Made by a program: the position numbers and the translations under genes. A stretch of 64,000 nucleotides of DNA from the human T2T-CHM13v2.0 reference genome, Homo sapiens: the NCBI RefSeq assembly GCF_009914755.1, contig NC_060931.1, one strand, 5' to 3'. The notes under the pieces are model-generated. The model did no database searches, was not told the origin of the DNA, and was given only the letters and a program-made list of their open reading frames with translations. Positions 28,546-43,709 of this stretch are shown piece by piece (within the stretch, counting starts at the first letter, position 1; each line of letters opens with the position of its first letter).

Positions 28546-29744
28546 GGACAATGTACCTACAGATAAATGAAGCACATAATTATATGCTTGTTACTGTTTT
28601 AAATTTAAATTTTTTTAATACCTGAATTTTTATACATTAGTCTTATACCAGTATCCAGATAAAAACATCCTGAAGGTAGGGATATTATATATATATATTT
28701 ATATATATTTTGTTGTTGTTGTTGTTGTTGTTAAAAGACTTATTAAGATTTTTTTTTGCAGGAAACTTTGTTTCCTAAACAAATCAAATCCAAATATTTA
28801 ATAATTGACTAAAAATAGAAGCACATTTACCCTAATGTACTAAATAAGTCATCTCTATTTTTTTACTAACAATAATGAGACAACCATATCCTCCTCATAA
28901 TCTACACTTTTTCTTCAAAATAACTAATGTGGCTGTCCTGGATATTAACAATTTCCACAAGACAGCTACAATGTTCTAATAGTTTTCAGCCCCAAAGATG
29001 CTTTTTTCCCCTTGGCCTTTTTCAGGCAGGTAAAAAGTAATTTATCCTTTCAGTGCCTGAGCCCCTTTCACAATCTGACCAGATCTATCAAGGTAACTGA
29101 CCTATGACCAGCCTTTTTGTCTGTTTCTCTTTATGATTTTGATAAATAGAATTTTTGCCATGTCTACAAGTTCTATAAAGCTTCAGTTTCACAGTGGAAA
29201 GACATTCTAACATTCTATTTATATTCCTGGTCACAATTTTTCAATGTTCTTAACTCTGTTCATAAATTTGACTTGCCCACCAGATCTTCTTAAGCCTACA
29301 GTTTCTTTAGAATAGTAAAGATAAAAAAGGTATTAAAGTATGAATTTTATTTTCTAATTTATGTTCAAACACAAATTTTCAATGTCTCAATTTAAATATT
29401 TTATTGATATGATTCAGAAATCCCTTTCACTTGCAGGATATTGAGAAAGGTAACTTTATAACATCCCATTTTCCCTTTTTTACAGATTCCATTTAAACTG
29501 AACAGAACAAAGAGCTCTCTTCAAAAAATGCACTTGTGATTATATTCACTAACGTACAAGTTCCTCTTACTTCGCCCACACTCACTAAGGCTAAGGCAGT
29601 CCAATCCAATAAAGTTATTACACTTCCTTTCCTGCTTCAGCCTAGCATCTTTTGGTTTTGTCTTAATGTCATCAGGGCCATGTAGAATGAAGGTTTATGT
29701 AATAACTAACTATGCTGTCAAGTATTTTTGCCCCTGACAGTTTT

Positions 29745-30060
<316 letters not shown>

Positions 30061-30474
30061 CCCTGAAAGTTTTTAATTTTAATTTAGAGTTTCCTTTTGG
30101 TTGTTTCTCCATCCATAATTTTCACTCTTGCTCTGATGTGATGTCACCTTTTACTTTGTTTTTGAAAAATTTCAGGTAGTTTTTATCTTCATTCCTTGAC
30201 CTCAAGTATCAAGACTTTTAAAATATGATCTGTCAATTATCTCTTTAGGAATCACCATGTTCTTTAATGCTGTCCTGTCCTTAGTTTAACATGCATTGCT
30301 TGAGATACCATTCAGGTACTTCCTGTTTCAACCTTGACGATAATGATACAAAAAGATAACAACTATTTTCACTGCGAACAACAATATACTTTGTTTTTAT
30401 ATCATTGCATGTTTTAGGTTCCCAAGAGGTTGCTTTGTCAGAATGTATCCCTTCATTGGAAATTAAAATTTACA

Positions 30475-30641
30475 TTTTTTTAAATGTTTTAAGAGACAGG
30501 GTCTTGCTCTGCCATCCAGGCTGAAGTGCAGTGGCACAATCATGGCTCATTGCAGCCTTGAACTCCTTGGCTCCAGTAATCCTTGGTAGCCTTGACCTCT
30601 CAAAGTGCCAGAATTCCAGGTGTGAGTCACCACGCCCAGCC
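30475..30641 (-). mobile_element. Alu monomer (FLAM_C/AluJ-derived)
   Basis: Single Alu arm gagacagggtcttgctctg...gagtcaccacgcccagcc. Confidence 0.85.
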
Positions 30642-31307
30642 TACCTTTAATAAATAAACTTTAATTTCTTATTTTACAATAATGTTAGGTTTTATATTTT
30701 CAGCCCATTGGAAACTACCCAGTGCTTTGAAAAATACTTATCATTTACTCAGAATATGTCTCTTAATAGAATATTAAAAAATACATTTCCTAAAAATCTC
30801 ACATTTATTTTTTAGAAAATGTTCACCCTGTATCAAAACGGTTACAAAATACAAAGTAAGGGGTTACCAGTGCTTAGTGGGACATTGTAACATCACATCT
30901 GTGTGTTGTACTTGTGTATGTGCCTGTGTGTTACTTTTTCTAAGCATGCATAGATTTTTTATAGGACTGTTAATATTTAGCATTTCTCACACTTATGAAA
31001 TTCTGTACAAGGATTATATCAGGATTGATCTTTTACTAGATTAGAGGAACTGTGTGTGTTTATTAAAAGTACTTTCTTCTCTCAGCAGTGGTGGGCCTTA
31101 TACTATCAGCTTGTGTAACTCTGAATTCATGAAAATATTTCAAAGCATATTGCAGGACAAAGGTGATAATTCCAGGAATGGCTTTTGATTTAAAGTTTCA
31201 GAAAAACATCCCTTTTCTAACAGAAATATAGAGTGCTACTGCTAAGCAAAACAAAGCAGTATTCTTTATTGAGTTGCATCGACTTTAAATACTTCACAAT
31301 TTACTTT

Positions 31308-33390
31308 AAAGAAACATTTATAAGATAATTGTAGATTCACATGCAACCTAAGAAATAATATAGATTCCATATGCCCTTAAATTAGTTCTACAGTGGTATC
31401 ATCAGTATTACATAATTATAATATAAAATAACAACCAGAAAATTAATATTGATACATATCTTCAACCTTATTTAGGTTTTTCAAGTTTTACATGCACTCA
31501 AGTGCGTGTGTGTGTATGTACATATTTAGTTATATACAAATTTATCATGTGTGGGTTTGTGACAACCAATACAGTCAAGATACAAATGATCCCATCACCA
31601 GAATCCCTCTTACTACCCTTTTATAACCACACCCACCTCCCTCCTGTCCACACCTCCATAAACACTGAAAATGACTAATTTGTCCTCTTTTCTAGAATTT
31701 TGTCATTTCAAAATTATTATATAATTGGAATCCTACATTATGTAATGTTTGGGACTGGCTTTTAATTTTACTCAGCATAACTCCCTTGAGATCCACCCAT
31801 GTTGTATGTATTAATAGTGTTCCTTTTTTATTACTGAGTTGTATTCCATGGCATGGATGTACCACATTTTGTTTAACAAGTCACCTTTTGAAGGGCATTG
31901 GGTTGTTTCCAGTTTGGAGTTTATTACAAATAAAGCTGTGACAAACATTCGTGCACAGGATTTTGTGTAAAAAGTTTTCATTTTGCTGAAATAAATGGAG
32001 CTTTTTTTTCATTCCAGTAGTACAATTTCTGGGATATGTGGTAAGAGCATGTTTAGTAGCATAAGAAGCTTTTAGAGTAGCTGTGCTATTTTATGTTCCC
32101 ACCTGCAATGTATGAGTGATCCTCTGCATCCTCGCCAGGATTTGGTGTTTCTATTTTCTATTTTAGCTATTCTCATAAGTGTGTATATCTGATTTGCATT
32201 CTGTATGGCTAACGATGTTGAATACCTTTTTATGTACTTATTTCCCATCTTATATCCTCTGTGATGAAGCATATGATGCATCTTTTGCCCATTTTCTAAT
32301 TGGATTGTTTGTTGTTGCATTTATTGTTGACTTTTGAGAGTTAAGCCTCCCACCAACTTATTCTACTTCTTTGATTGCTGGATGGAGGTAAAAGCTCAGC
32401 TCCCTTTTGGGTCTGAGTGACTCTTGGGGGTAGGCACAGAATACCATCCTGTTCCATCTCAAACTGCCTCATTACATCTATTTGTTTCCAGTTGGTGGAA
32501 AAGGCTCACCTTCTCATTGGGCCCCATTTTCAGGGGTGGGTTGTAGGAACTAGAGTACTGACTAGCCTTGCTTTGCATTACTCCATTCAATGGGTTTGCT
32601 GCTGGGTGTGTGGAAGATCAGCTTCCCACTGGGTCCTGCTTACACCAGGATGTGAAATGCTGACTAGCCCAAGGTAATTGTCACTACTTGATTCATTATC
32701 CTTGATGCTGGGTGAGGGTGGAGACTAATCTTCCCACTGGATCCTGCTGACACTGTCCTGATTGAGTAGTAATACCACTGTATGATTCCAGCAGTTGTGG
32801 GGAGATTAGCTCCCTGCTCAGCCTCTCTGATACAACTGGGCAGCTAGTTTTTGCTTCTGCAACAAGACATAGGTTTATGATGAGCTTCCTGTTCATCTCT
32901 GCTGAAACTAGGGAAAGGTGAGGGTGAGAAGGTGAAGGAAGACAGGAACTGGGAGTATCAATTTATTTTGGTGATGGCTAGAGTTGGGGGAGTTGAATAC
33001 CTTTATATTTATTTATTTTCCATCTTGGGAATGGGCAAGAAGATTTTCCCTTGTTAGGTCACCGTTTTTCCTTAGCTAGAGGAAGCAGACTTTCTTAGGT
33101 GCTTCTTTTTTTAAATTATTTTTAAATCTGTGTCTGTTAGTGGTTCTAGGTTGGAGGCGTTAGCAGCATTTTGGCTGGGGTATATGGGAGGCAATATGGA
33201 AACCATCAAACTTGTTCTCACGTCATTCTGCAAGTCCTGGTGTCCTGAGGTAGGCTGACTTCTTCTTTCCACCATCCAGAGTCTTTCTGTCTTTGCTTGT
33301 TGTGTTTTGTCCAGGATATTTTAATTGTAAGAAGGAGTAGCTGGGAGGAATGAGCCTATGCCATGTTGGCTGGAACTAAAAGTTCGTAGT
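31308..33390 (-). mobile_element. L1MC-type element: 3' end (31308-32342) fused to 5' UTR-like region (32343-33390)
   Basis: 3' UTR/ORF2-end motifs followed by a GC-richer old-L1 5' end; identical flanking 10-mer aatttacttt. Confidence 0.72.
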
Positions 33391-33860
33391 AATTTACTTT
33401 TCACACATGGCAATTTTCAAGAAAATAATAAGTGGAAAGATTCCCATCTTATGCACAGGTGATATTTCATAAGGAAGTTAAAATTTTTCCTGTGATATTC
33501 TTGACAAAATATTCCTCTTGAAAAAATGTTGACTTTATTTCAACTTCTTTGTATCTTAATTGAGCGTGTATGTCTCTTGCTCAAGATAATGTAATACGGT
33601 TCAATGTTCCATCCTGACAATTCTAATGTATATTGATGCTATAGATCTGGTTTAAGTTGGCTGTTTTTACCATTTATTAAGGAAGTTTCCACTCGTGGAC
33701 ACTAGTTTAGCTCCTCTTCCATTATACTTATAAATATGCATTGCATGAATATTTAAATGAGCAATGATATTATAAGCACTTTTTATTCAAAACTTACACA
33801 AAATAGTTTATCTTGTATGGAGCATCACTAAAGGTGTAAAAGTAAAGTACTGAGTGGAAA

Positions 33861-34440
33861 TGTGACTGACATGGGTCAGGATGCTCATGGCTGGCAGAGT
33901 CCAATGAAAAAGAGCAAGATCTGGTAGAAAGAAAGTGTTTTTATTAACCAAAACTAGAAATGGGGAAGTGGCCAATTTCCTACCCAAAGCAACCGCTTCG
34001 ATTTCTGGTGGGAAGGCAAGAGTTTAAGAAGAGAAAATTTGATAAGGAAGGCACTAATAAATGTGCTGAGTAATGTCTGTGTGTCTTTTTCCCGTGGCTA
34101 TCTTGGGTCCCAGCCCACCTGGACTGCAGGCTGGCATTGTCTCAGGTATGGCTGGGTTGTGACTTTGAAGTAGTCTCCAGAATTTTGCAGCTGGGTCCCC
34201 AGGATTGATCTGTCTGTCTCAAGATTAGCCCCTGGAATTTCTAAGAAGGCATGTAAATAGATACTAGAATACAATTAAATAGATGTGAAGGGAGTATACA
34301 TGGTGAGAAAGGCAGGGATGTGCAGTCTCTTTCAAGGATAAGGGAAAAGACTTCTGCAGTTTCAAGGTTTTACTTGAAAATCAATAGAAAGGGAAAAAAA
34401 GGTTTAATAATGTATTTTGAAGTTAAGCTGCCTGATAACA
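33861..34440 (-). mobile_element. ERV1 solo LTR (MER87-like, subfamily uncertain)
   Basis: TG...CA termini, minus-strand AATAAA at ~33940, TSD gaaa/gaac. Confidence 0.65.
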
Positions 34441-34574
34441 GAACTGTAAGCTCTGAGGAATGTTTTAATTAATCCATTTAAATATTTTAGAGTATAAACT
34501 ATCTGGAGTCCAATGTAGGTTATAAAGAATTTTAAATGTTCTTTTTCTTTCCTCAGAAGTTCAAGCATTTCATT

Positions 34575-35060
34575 TTAAATAAATATATTGGCACCATGTG
34601 CTCTCTGTAATACTAAATGATGTACTAGGCACTGATGGATTCCAGATGGAGTAAGGACATGAAATTAAGTAAGTCACAGTTTTTAATCTCAGGGAATGAA
34701 GATTTCATTGTTAAATACAGCTATGTAAACAAAAATAAAATATAATCACAGTAGAATTTCATAGTAACTAAAACAAAAAACAACAACAACAAAAAACCCA
34801 CTACTTAAAAATCTGATGGAAGTAAAATTAAAGGTGTCTCTGTGCTTAGCGAATTTATAAAGCTTGAGAGAGAAAATGGAGTTCACAAGGTAGAAAATAG
34901 GGAATGAGCATTCTTACCTGGGTGATGTAAGAAAAATGGGCTAAAGCATATGTGGCTGGACCAAACTTTTCCAGGGAAGTTGATGAAATTGGGCTGGAAA
35001 TGTGGTTTGAACTAGGTCATTATGGCCTTATACACAGTTCTGAGTAAAGGAGAAATAAAG
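34575..35060 (-). mobile_element. L2 3' fragment
   Basis: aataaatatattggcacc...tgtactaggcactg, purine-rich continuation. Confidence 0.55.
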
Positions 35061-35719
35061 TCCTGTAAACCATCATTAAACAGTAAATGTTCACTGCCAA
35101 GTGATATCAGCACTAGAGATACCTGAAATTCATAGCCCTAATGAATAGCAGAATATATTTTCAAAATGATAGTTATTTCAAGACTTTTGAATCTTATAGA
35201 ATATGTTATTCCTCAGACATTTTGGAGAAGGAGAGATACATACTTTGAATAAAAATCTCAGTGGCTAAGACAGTATAAAACCACTAATCTAATTAAGTAA
35301 CAGTTCACAGAAGAAGACATCAAGCTTAAACTCATACCAATAATTAGGAGGAAGCCCTGTTCTCCTGTTTCCTCATGATAACTCATTAATAAAGAGATAA
35401 TCAAAGAAATGTCTCAGTGCAATTTTGAAATGGTACAGACTAGTTGAGAGGGGTATTTTAGGGAAGTGAGAATAGAGAGAAGAATCAAGGGGTAATAGTA
35501 AATAAAACCATCCTTTAAAAACAAATTAAAAAATCAAAACCTGCTATAATGAATGTAGTTCCTAAAACTTTTTTTGGCATTATGAAACATGATTATATGC
35601 AGAAATATAAAATAAGACATTGCCTTAGATGAAGGTGAAAATCCTCCAAAACAATAAAATGTGGTTTTGTTTTTTAATAAATAAAAAATGAAAATATGGC
35701 TCTGTCTGGAAAGAGGTTT

Positions 35720-36820
35720 GTTTAAATTTTAGAATAACTTTAAATTATGGAAAAAAATTTGAAGATAGTATAGGAAGTCCCCTAGCTCTTTCACATAGAT
35801 TCTTTTAAGATTGACATCTCACATATCCATGGTACCTTTATCAAAATGAAAAATTAACTTTACCACAATGCTTTATACTACAAACTATTTTGATTTCCTG
35901 TTTTTCCACTAATGAGCTTTGTCCTGGATGTAATCTAGGAGACTATGTGGCTTCTGGTTATGGTGTCTCCTTAGTCTGCTCTGATCTGTAACAGTTTCTT
36001 GGTTGGTCCCTTGTTTTTTATAACCTTGCACTTTTTAAAAGTATTGGCCATGCATTTTGTAGGATGTCCCTCAATTTTTGGTTTGCTGATGTTTTCTGAT
36101 TTTTAGACTGGGGCAATGAGTTTGGATGAAGAACAGAACAGAGGTAAAGGGCCCTGTCATCACATCACATGAGAAAGTCCATGTTATCAACATGACATCA
36201 CTGGTGGTGCTAGCCATGATCACTGGGTAAGGTGGTGTCCGCCAGGTTTCACCAGAATAAAGTTACCACTTTTCCCTTTCCTTACTTGGCTTGCTAGAAG
36301 AGAGTTACTAAGTACAGTCTAAACCCAAAGGGGAGGGGGTTACTCTTCACTTGCTCGAGAGAGGAGTATCAAAGGGTATGTGGGCACAAGTTGACACCAC
36401 TAGAGTAATTAACAAATATATTGGAGAAAATAATTTATTTAGATCTACCTAACCATTATGTTTCTTTTTACAGTTTCATGGTTCAGTGGATCTTTACTGA
36501 AGCAATTATTGCTGTGGTGTTCTAAGGATGAATTTTTATTTCACTCATTCCCTTTTACATTTATTTGAAATCCTTTCATAAGGAAGATTTGTTCCTTCTT
36601 TCACATTTACTTATTCTATCATTTATACCACCATAGACTCAATGTATTTATTTTATTCTTTGGGCTATAAACCAATACTATCATTATTTATTTTTTTCAC
36701 ATTGTTTTATCTTTGGTCAATGGAACCTACTTTAGGGTGGCTCCTGGTTCCTTTTGCAGCATTATGTATATATATACACACAGAATATACTACATGGATA
36801 TCATATATATACTATATACT

Positions 36821-36871
<51 letters not shown>

Positions 36872-37168
36872 TCCTTACTTTCTGACAATACAAGTTACTC
36901 CAGGCTTATCTTGGTATTTTTCCTGCACTGGCTCTAAAATTTATCCAGAGAGTTCTGGTTTCATTTATTAGAGAATGATACTTAGTAAGTATGGTTATAG
37001 TCCTAGTTGTGCTCATTGCTACCTGGGTGTTACTGCTTTTAGAACCTTTCAGCAGACAAAGCTAGGAAATATACATATGTATACTGACCCATGTATACAC
37101 TATAACAATTTGTATTTACCTGTATATATTTTTGTCTCTCTCTCTATATATAGAAGAATATATATGTA
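35720..37168 (-). mobile_element. L1MC/L1MD 3' UTR containing (TG)n at 36823-36870
   Basis: gcattttgtaggatgtccctcaattt...gatcactgggtaaggtggtgtccgccaggtttc. Confidence 0.75.
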
Positions 37169-37169
37169 G

Positions 37170-37760
37170 AGGAAATACATCACACAGATATTTGGAGAAG
37201 ACTATTTCAGGTAATGGAAGAACAGGTCCTGTGCTCTCAGATGAGAGCCTGTTTCATGTTTTCAAAGAACAGCAAGAAGATTGAGGTACATGGAGTTCAG
37301 TTAAAAAATAAATAAATAAACAGGAAGAGTGATAGGAGATAAATATTGAGAGATATAAAAAGAGAAATCTCAGATCAGATCATTTATGTCCTAATAGCTT
37401 TTTAAAGTAATTTGGCTTTTACTGTGAGAGACACTCAAATACATTGGAGGCATTTCAACAGATGGGTGACATGATGTGAGTTATTTCTTTTAAATGAACC
37501 TCACCATCTGCCATGTTGAGAAGAGAGAGTAGGGGTACAGGAGGCTGTTACTAAGATTACTGCCTAGTAATCCACATAAGAAATGGTGGATCCTTGACTG
37601 GAAAGGCCAAGAATAACCAATGACTGAGGCAAAACTAGATAGAATGGATAGAGAACTAAAAAGTTTTGGAGTTGTCAATACAGAATAAGAACATGATGTG
37701 GAAGGATTTGAAGGGGAGAAATAAGAACAAAATAACATAAGGAATATAAACCCAGAAGTC
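37170..37760 (-). mobile_element. L2 fragment
   Basis: gaacagcaagaag...tttggcttttactgtgag...cattggaggcatttcaacaga. Confidence 0.65.
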
Positions 37761-38940
37761 AGCATGAAAACTCAATGCTTGCACATAGATAAGTTGTGAA
37801 AAGGAAGAACTGAGAGGCAAAAACTAGGGCAAATTTTGCTATATAGAAGACTAAAATTAGGTAGGAAAAACTTCAGCATGACTACCATTTCAGAAAACCT
37901 GCAAACTTTAATTAAAATTGATGGACATTCTTGCCCACTAACATGGCTGCAGTCAGACCCATCTGTCAGGGTGGTGTGACTGCCATCAGGAAGAATTATG
38001 CCAGATTCACGGGCCATGGGTGCCAATCCAAAATAGTTTTGAAGATTGGTTTGATGAGGTAGAAATATACCAGAAATAGTACAGCTGAACCTGAAACATT
38101 CCACAGTGAGTTTTGTCAAACTTTACAATTCTAAGAAAAATTTTAAACCATTTAGATTCTGAACTGTTCAAAATCTTCCAGGACCTGTAGGCATGGCTAA
38201 AAAATCTTAGCTGTTTCCACTAAAAAAAAAATTTCATTTCAAGAAATACTAATTTTTCACATCATTATATAATGTGGAATACACAAATATTTCTATTTTA
38301 TATTTCTTTTCTAATTTTTCTCTGTATAGTTTCTACATTATCCAAGCCTTCTGGCTTTCACCAGGTGGAAATAAGGAAGTCAAGAATCTCTGTCTCTTTC
38401 CTACCACGAAGTGTATTTTTTCCTATTAATTCAGAATCAATTAATATTTTGTTTTATAGAATTCTCTAATGGCAATTAAAAGCTAGTTGTAGGCATTATA
38501 CAGTGTTTTTGGCCAATTTGATGGTTTAAGATAAGTGGGCTGGTTCTGGTTATATAATATATTATAATGTTATATAAACCATATTTCTATCCCTATTACT
38601 TTTCTAGCATATTTGGAAAAAATGGAATGCCTCCTGTTCCTTCCTGAATTACCTACTTGGTAGCTGCGTCCCCTGGCCTTATCTTCTGTTATTACACTTT
38701 TCTTGAGCCATTTTTCAAACCACTGCTGTTACCGCCAATGTTTTCCTGTTATGATGTTGCTGAAAATACTCAGAACTCAAAGCCAGAATTAATTCCCTTT
38801 TCTTAAATTCATGTTTTAATTCCCCTATGCATTGTGAACAGGAAGATATATATACACAGTAGTTTTTTACTGAAGATCTGAGATTAAATGGATGGCTAAA
38901 AGTGTAGGAGATAACACTTAAAACTGAATGTTAAGAGCTC

Positions 38941-39122
38941 ACAGGGAGGGGAGGGAGAGCATTAGGACAAATACCTAATGCATGCGGTGCTTAAAACCTA
39001 GATGATGGGTTGATAGGTGCAGCAAACCACCATGGTACATGTATACTTATGTAACAAACCTGCACATTCTGCATGCACATGTATCCCGGAAACTTAAAGT
39101 ATTTTTTTTTTTTTTTAAAAAA
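38941..39122 (+). mobile_element. L1PA8-like extreme 3' end
   Basis: gggagagcattaggacaaatacctaatgcatgcgg...aacttaaagta. Confidence 0.9.
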
Positions 39123-40599
39123 GGGAGAAATGGGGGAAGAAAAATAGAGGAGAGAGAGAGAAGTTATCCATCTCTCCCCCAATGTGGTTATCATTTTGCA
39201 CAGATTCCTGTGGGTATAACCCAGTTTCTAGTCTTGTCTTGCTTCTCTTTCTCCAAGTTGGCCTGCCTGTTTTCATCCAGCACTACTTGGGTGACCACTT
39301 AGGTCTTCCATCAGGGAAATCTACGAGATATGAGAGGCCCTCAGCAGAGAACTTACTATATTTGACCTTTCCAATTAGAAATTAATATCATGACAATGTC
39401 CAAGTTGGGCTTTTACTAGTCATGTCCAGCAGAACAGGCCAAGTTGTAATCTGACATCTCAGGTCTGTTATCCTTAATGATTTTTCCCATTGGAAATAAA
39501 AAGATGACTTCTTCATTGCTTCTGTAATACTATTTACTTTGGTGAGTTATTTTTGGAACATACACACACCCACACAACACAAAGGACTCAAGGAGAAATA
39601 AAAATTTCTTAGAGGCAATACAGTCTAAATTCATATTGAAGAGGCAAAGTTGCATGTTTTTTTTCTACATGCAAATACACTCCCCCCAAAATTTTATTTT
39701 ACATTATTTTTTAGAGAAGTTTCCAGATAAATTTATTGCAAAGATATGCTGAATTATAGTACCATTGACTACTAGTGGCAACCTTTATTCACATAAAGAT
39801 ACAGCCCAAATTTGAAATTTAAGGTTTGTTTAACTTGGGCCAGGTCAAATTTGGGGTTAGAGTGTTTGGTCTCTCAATTATTTGTAAAAAGGTGAAATGG
39901 CAGAAATAGTTATAACCTCAAGTAATATGAAATTTGCAGTGTTTGTGTAGGGTGGGATGGAGATGCCTCTTGCATTATCAACTTTGTTTCAGAGTACTTA
40001 ATATAGAAATATCTGGCTGACTATTCAAGGTAGTTCTACAAGGTGCATTTAGAGATACTTATCAGCTGTTACTTATACTCTTAGACAATGAACTTCATGT
40101 TCTGTCACATTTTTATCATCTAACTCGGTAAATTTCATCAGTGGAATATGAAATATATGCCCTTTTTTCACGAATACATTTCATGAGATAATTTATCAAA
40201 AAACAAGACATCACAGATTAATAGAAAAATTTTATCTAACAACATTTGACTATTTTACTGAATATTTTCCCACTCTTCTATTTATTTTAAGAAAAAAAGA
40301 AATTTTGAAGTCTTTTAGTGCAGTATTTCAGAAACAGTTAATATGTGTCTTTATGATGGCATTGCAATTATTTGGATAATACAGATGATTTTGTATTAAT
40401 CTCATTAAAAACACATCAATTTGGGATTTTTCAAAGAATTGTGCTTAAGTATAGTACTATCCATATGTATGGTCATAGAAAATATATGTATTATTGTGTT
40501 GTGAATATATATTCACAGCATATGTATGCACATATCCAAATACGTGTATCTACACACACAAACACATAGGTGTATGGAAGCTTATCACACCCTATGTTT

Positions 40600-41310
40600 T
40601 TATGTTTTTCTCTCTGACTGCTTTCCCTTTCAATAATATTTCTTGACAGTATAGACACATTAGTTCATATTGATCTCATACTTTTAATTGCCACATAATA
40701 TTTAATTGTATGAATATATGTTTGGTTAGCCTTTCCCTTATCAAAAACATTAGGTACTTGCAAATTTCTCACTGTTCTATTTTCTTACATCTCATTTTGT
40801 GCTGTTTCCCTAGAAATGAAATTGATGAATTATATGAGCATATAATATTTAAAAAATATATTCCAGATTACCCTGAATGCTTGTTCTAAATTTAAAGCTC
40901 TATCAGTTGTTTCTCAGTATCTTCACTGATCTTTAGTATTATCAGACTTTTAGAGTTTTTTCAATCTATACGAAAATGATACCTGATGCATTGATTTTAT
41001 TCCACCAAAGTAGTTATCTTTGGCTTCTTTTTGTTTATTAGACATTTATGTTTAATATTTTGTGAATTTGTTGGTCTTTGCTATATTTTCTGTTGGATCT
41101 TTTTGTCTTTTTTATTAATATGTATGAATTATGGATAGTTTGATATTTGTTTTATGATACAAATGCATTCTCTGATTTTGCTGGCTGTCTTAAATTTGGG
41201 TTATTTTATACAAGTGTTGACTATGGATGTATTCAAATGTATAAAATCATTCTTGACTTTGTTTTTTAGATCTTGTTTAAGAAAACCTCTACTATTCTGA
41301 TGGTGTAATT
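40600..41310 (-). mobile_element. Old L1ME fragment
   Basis: Degenerate antisense L1 3' motifs. Confidence 0.5.
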
Positions 41311-41419
41311 TTTTAATGAAAAGTCCCTCTTTATCTCACTGATTGTAAATAATTTTGCAAGCTAATAAGTGGTTGTTACAGCATTCTTACACAATCTAAT
41401 GTGTTGTAAAAGACCATTA

Positions 41420-41900
41420 TTAACACTTTCAAGAACATATACTCTGGTGGATAAGTGAAGACCTGTAAGACCAATTTAGAGGATACTGAAATGTGCAAAT
41501 GAGAGATGATGATGGTTTTAATAAGCTGGTGATGGTATAAACATTGAAAATGATCTAGTCTTTGAAATATTTTAAAAGCAGATATGAAAATATTTACTGA
41601 TAGATTTAATGTGAACTGTGGGAGAAAGATTAAGTGTTAAGAATATAACCCAAAAACTTATTTTTTATGTTTACCTTTCCTATAATCCTGAAAGTCAGTT
41701 TCAGAAAAGGAAAATTGTCAGAGGAGCCAGGTGTGAGAAGGATAGAGTGTGGTAAAGGGAATATAGTCTAGACAAACTTAATTTTGAAAGTGTTCATTAG
41801 GCCTTTGAATGAAGATGTTGAATATACTGCTGGAAAACTGAGTATGTGGGCAAATTAGGGATGTGTGGTTCAAACACCTTAGAGATTCTATGGACGCAGA
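41420..41900 (-). mobile_element. L2 fragment
   Basis: aaatgagagatgatgatgg...atttactgatagatt. Confidence 0.55.
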
Positions 41901-42283
41901 TCTCAAGATAAATAACATAAGAATGTCACAATTGTAGCATTCACTTATACTGGTGGTTCTATAAATTGGTATTTTTTAAAATGTGTAATACTCAAGTGAC
42001 AATGCTAATGATTTCGATGAAGCAATTCAAAAATTTATTATAACAAATTATTTAAAACAATTTAAAAAATAAGGTGCAGGCACACACCTTTCGCTTGTAT
42101 TATTACCTATCTTACTAAGTCATGCACCAATAACATTAAGAGAAAGTAAATAAAGCTGGCCAAATGAAGAGTGTTATACAAGTTAATTGCCAGTGAGTGT
42201 TATACAAGTTATTGCCAATGAGTAATCAGCATATAGATAACCACCTGCTCAAATATAATCTATTGGCCAATCTCTCTTTATAG

Positions 42284-42751
<468 letters not shown>

Positions 42752-43283
42752 CTATCTTTCATATTTTAAAAATCTTTTTACCCCATATCATCCTTCAGCT
42801 ACCATCCTATTTCTATGCTCTCCTTTATGGCAAACCTCTTTGAAAGAGCTCTTTGTTCCCGTTGTCTTTTCCCTTTCTCCCCGAGACAGCCCTTGGATGT
42901 AATCATGAGTCATGTGAAGTGACACTGCAGCAATATTGGCAGTCCTTTAAATTGTGCATATAGATATTTACTTTTTCCATAAGATTCTTTATTCTTATCA
43001 TCTTGATTAATGCTTTTATCTGCAGTGAATTTGTTAGCAAGTTAATGTACTCTTGTCAATAAAATGGAAGATCACATGAACTTTTCCCTCCCCATTAATT
43101 GTTTCCCATCATTACAGACGTTGGGTAAAATTAGAAGTATTTATACTATTTAAATAATGCCTAAACTATTATTTTTAAGTGTTACAGATAAACTGCTTAT
43201 AGTCCACAACTGTTATGATTATCTTAATGAATGAATCATGGGCTCTGAAACATGGGAATAACTTATAATTGAGAAATAATATT

Positions 43284-43340
43284 GATCATACCACTGCACT
43301 CCAGCCTGGGTGACAGAGCAAGATTCCATCTCAAAAAAAA
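43284..43340 (+). mobile_element. Severely 5'-truncated Alu (last ~57 bp)
   Basis: gatcataccactgcactccagcctgggtgacagagcaaga + A-tail; flanking ataatatt duplication. Confidence 0.88.
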
Positions 43341-43709
43341 TTATAATATTAATGTTCAAGGAGCTCAAATTCTATTGGCAAAATTCAGGATAGAAATCCT
43401 CACTAGAGATAAAAATTTTTGAGTAATCATCATATGAATAGTCCATTGTTCAAAGATTGTTTGTTGACTTGTCTCTCCTTGTATATTGGTTGGAAATAAA
43501 ATCAATCCCTTGCATACATCAGTCTCTCTCTGAGACTTTTCTAGTCCGTTGGGAAAAAATGTGAATTCCTCTATTAATAACACATTGTTTAAAGGCAAAC
43601 AGTTTTGATATTTCCTGATAAATGGAGGAACAAATAAAGAAACAGTAGGTTATAAAATTACTATTGTTATATTATCATCTATATATTAATAGTTTTTCTT
43701 TGTTTATAT

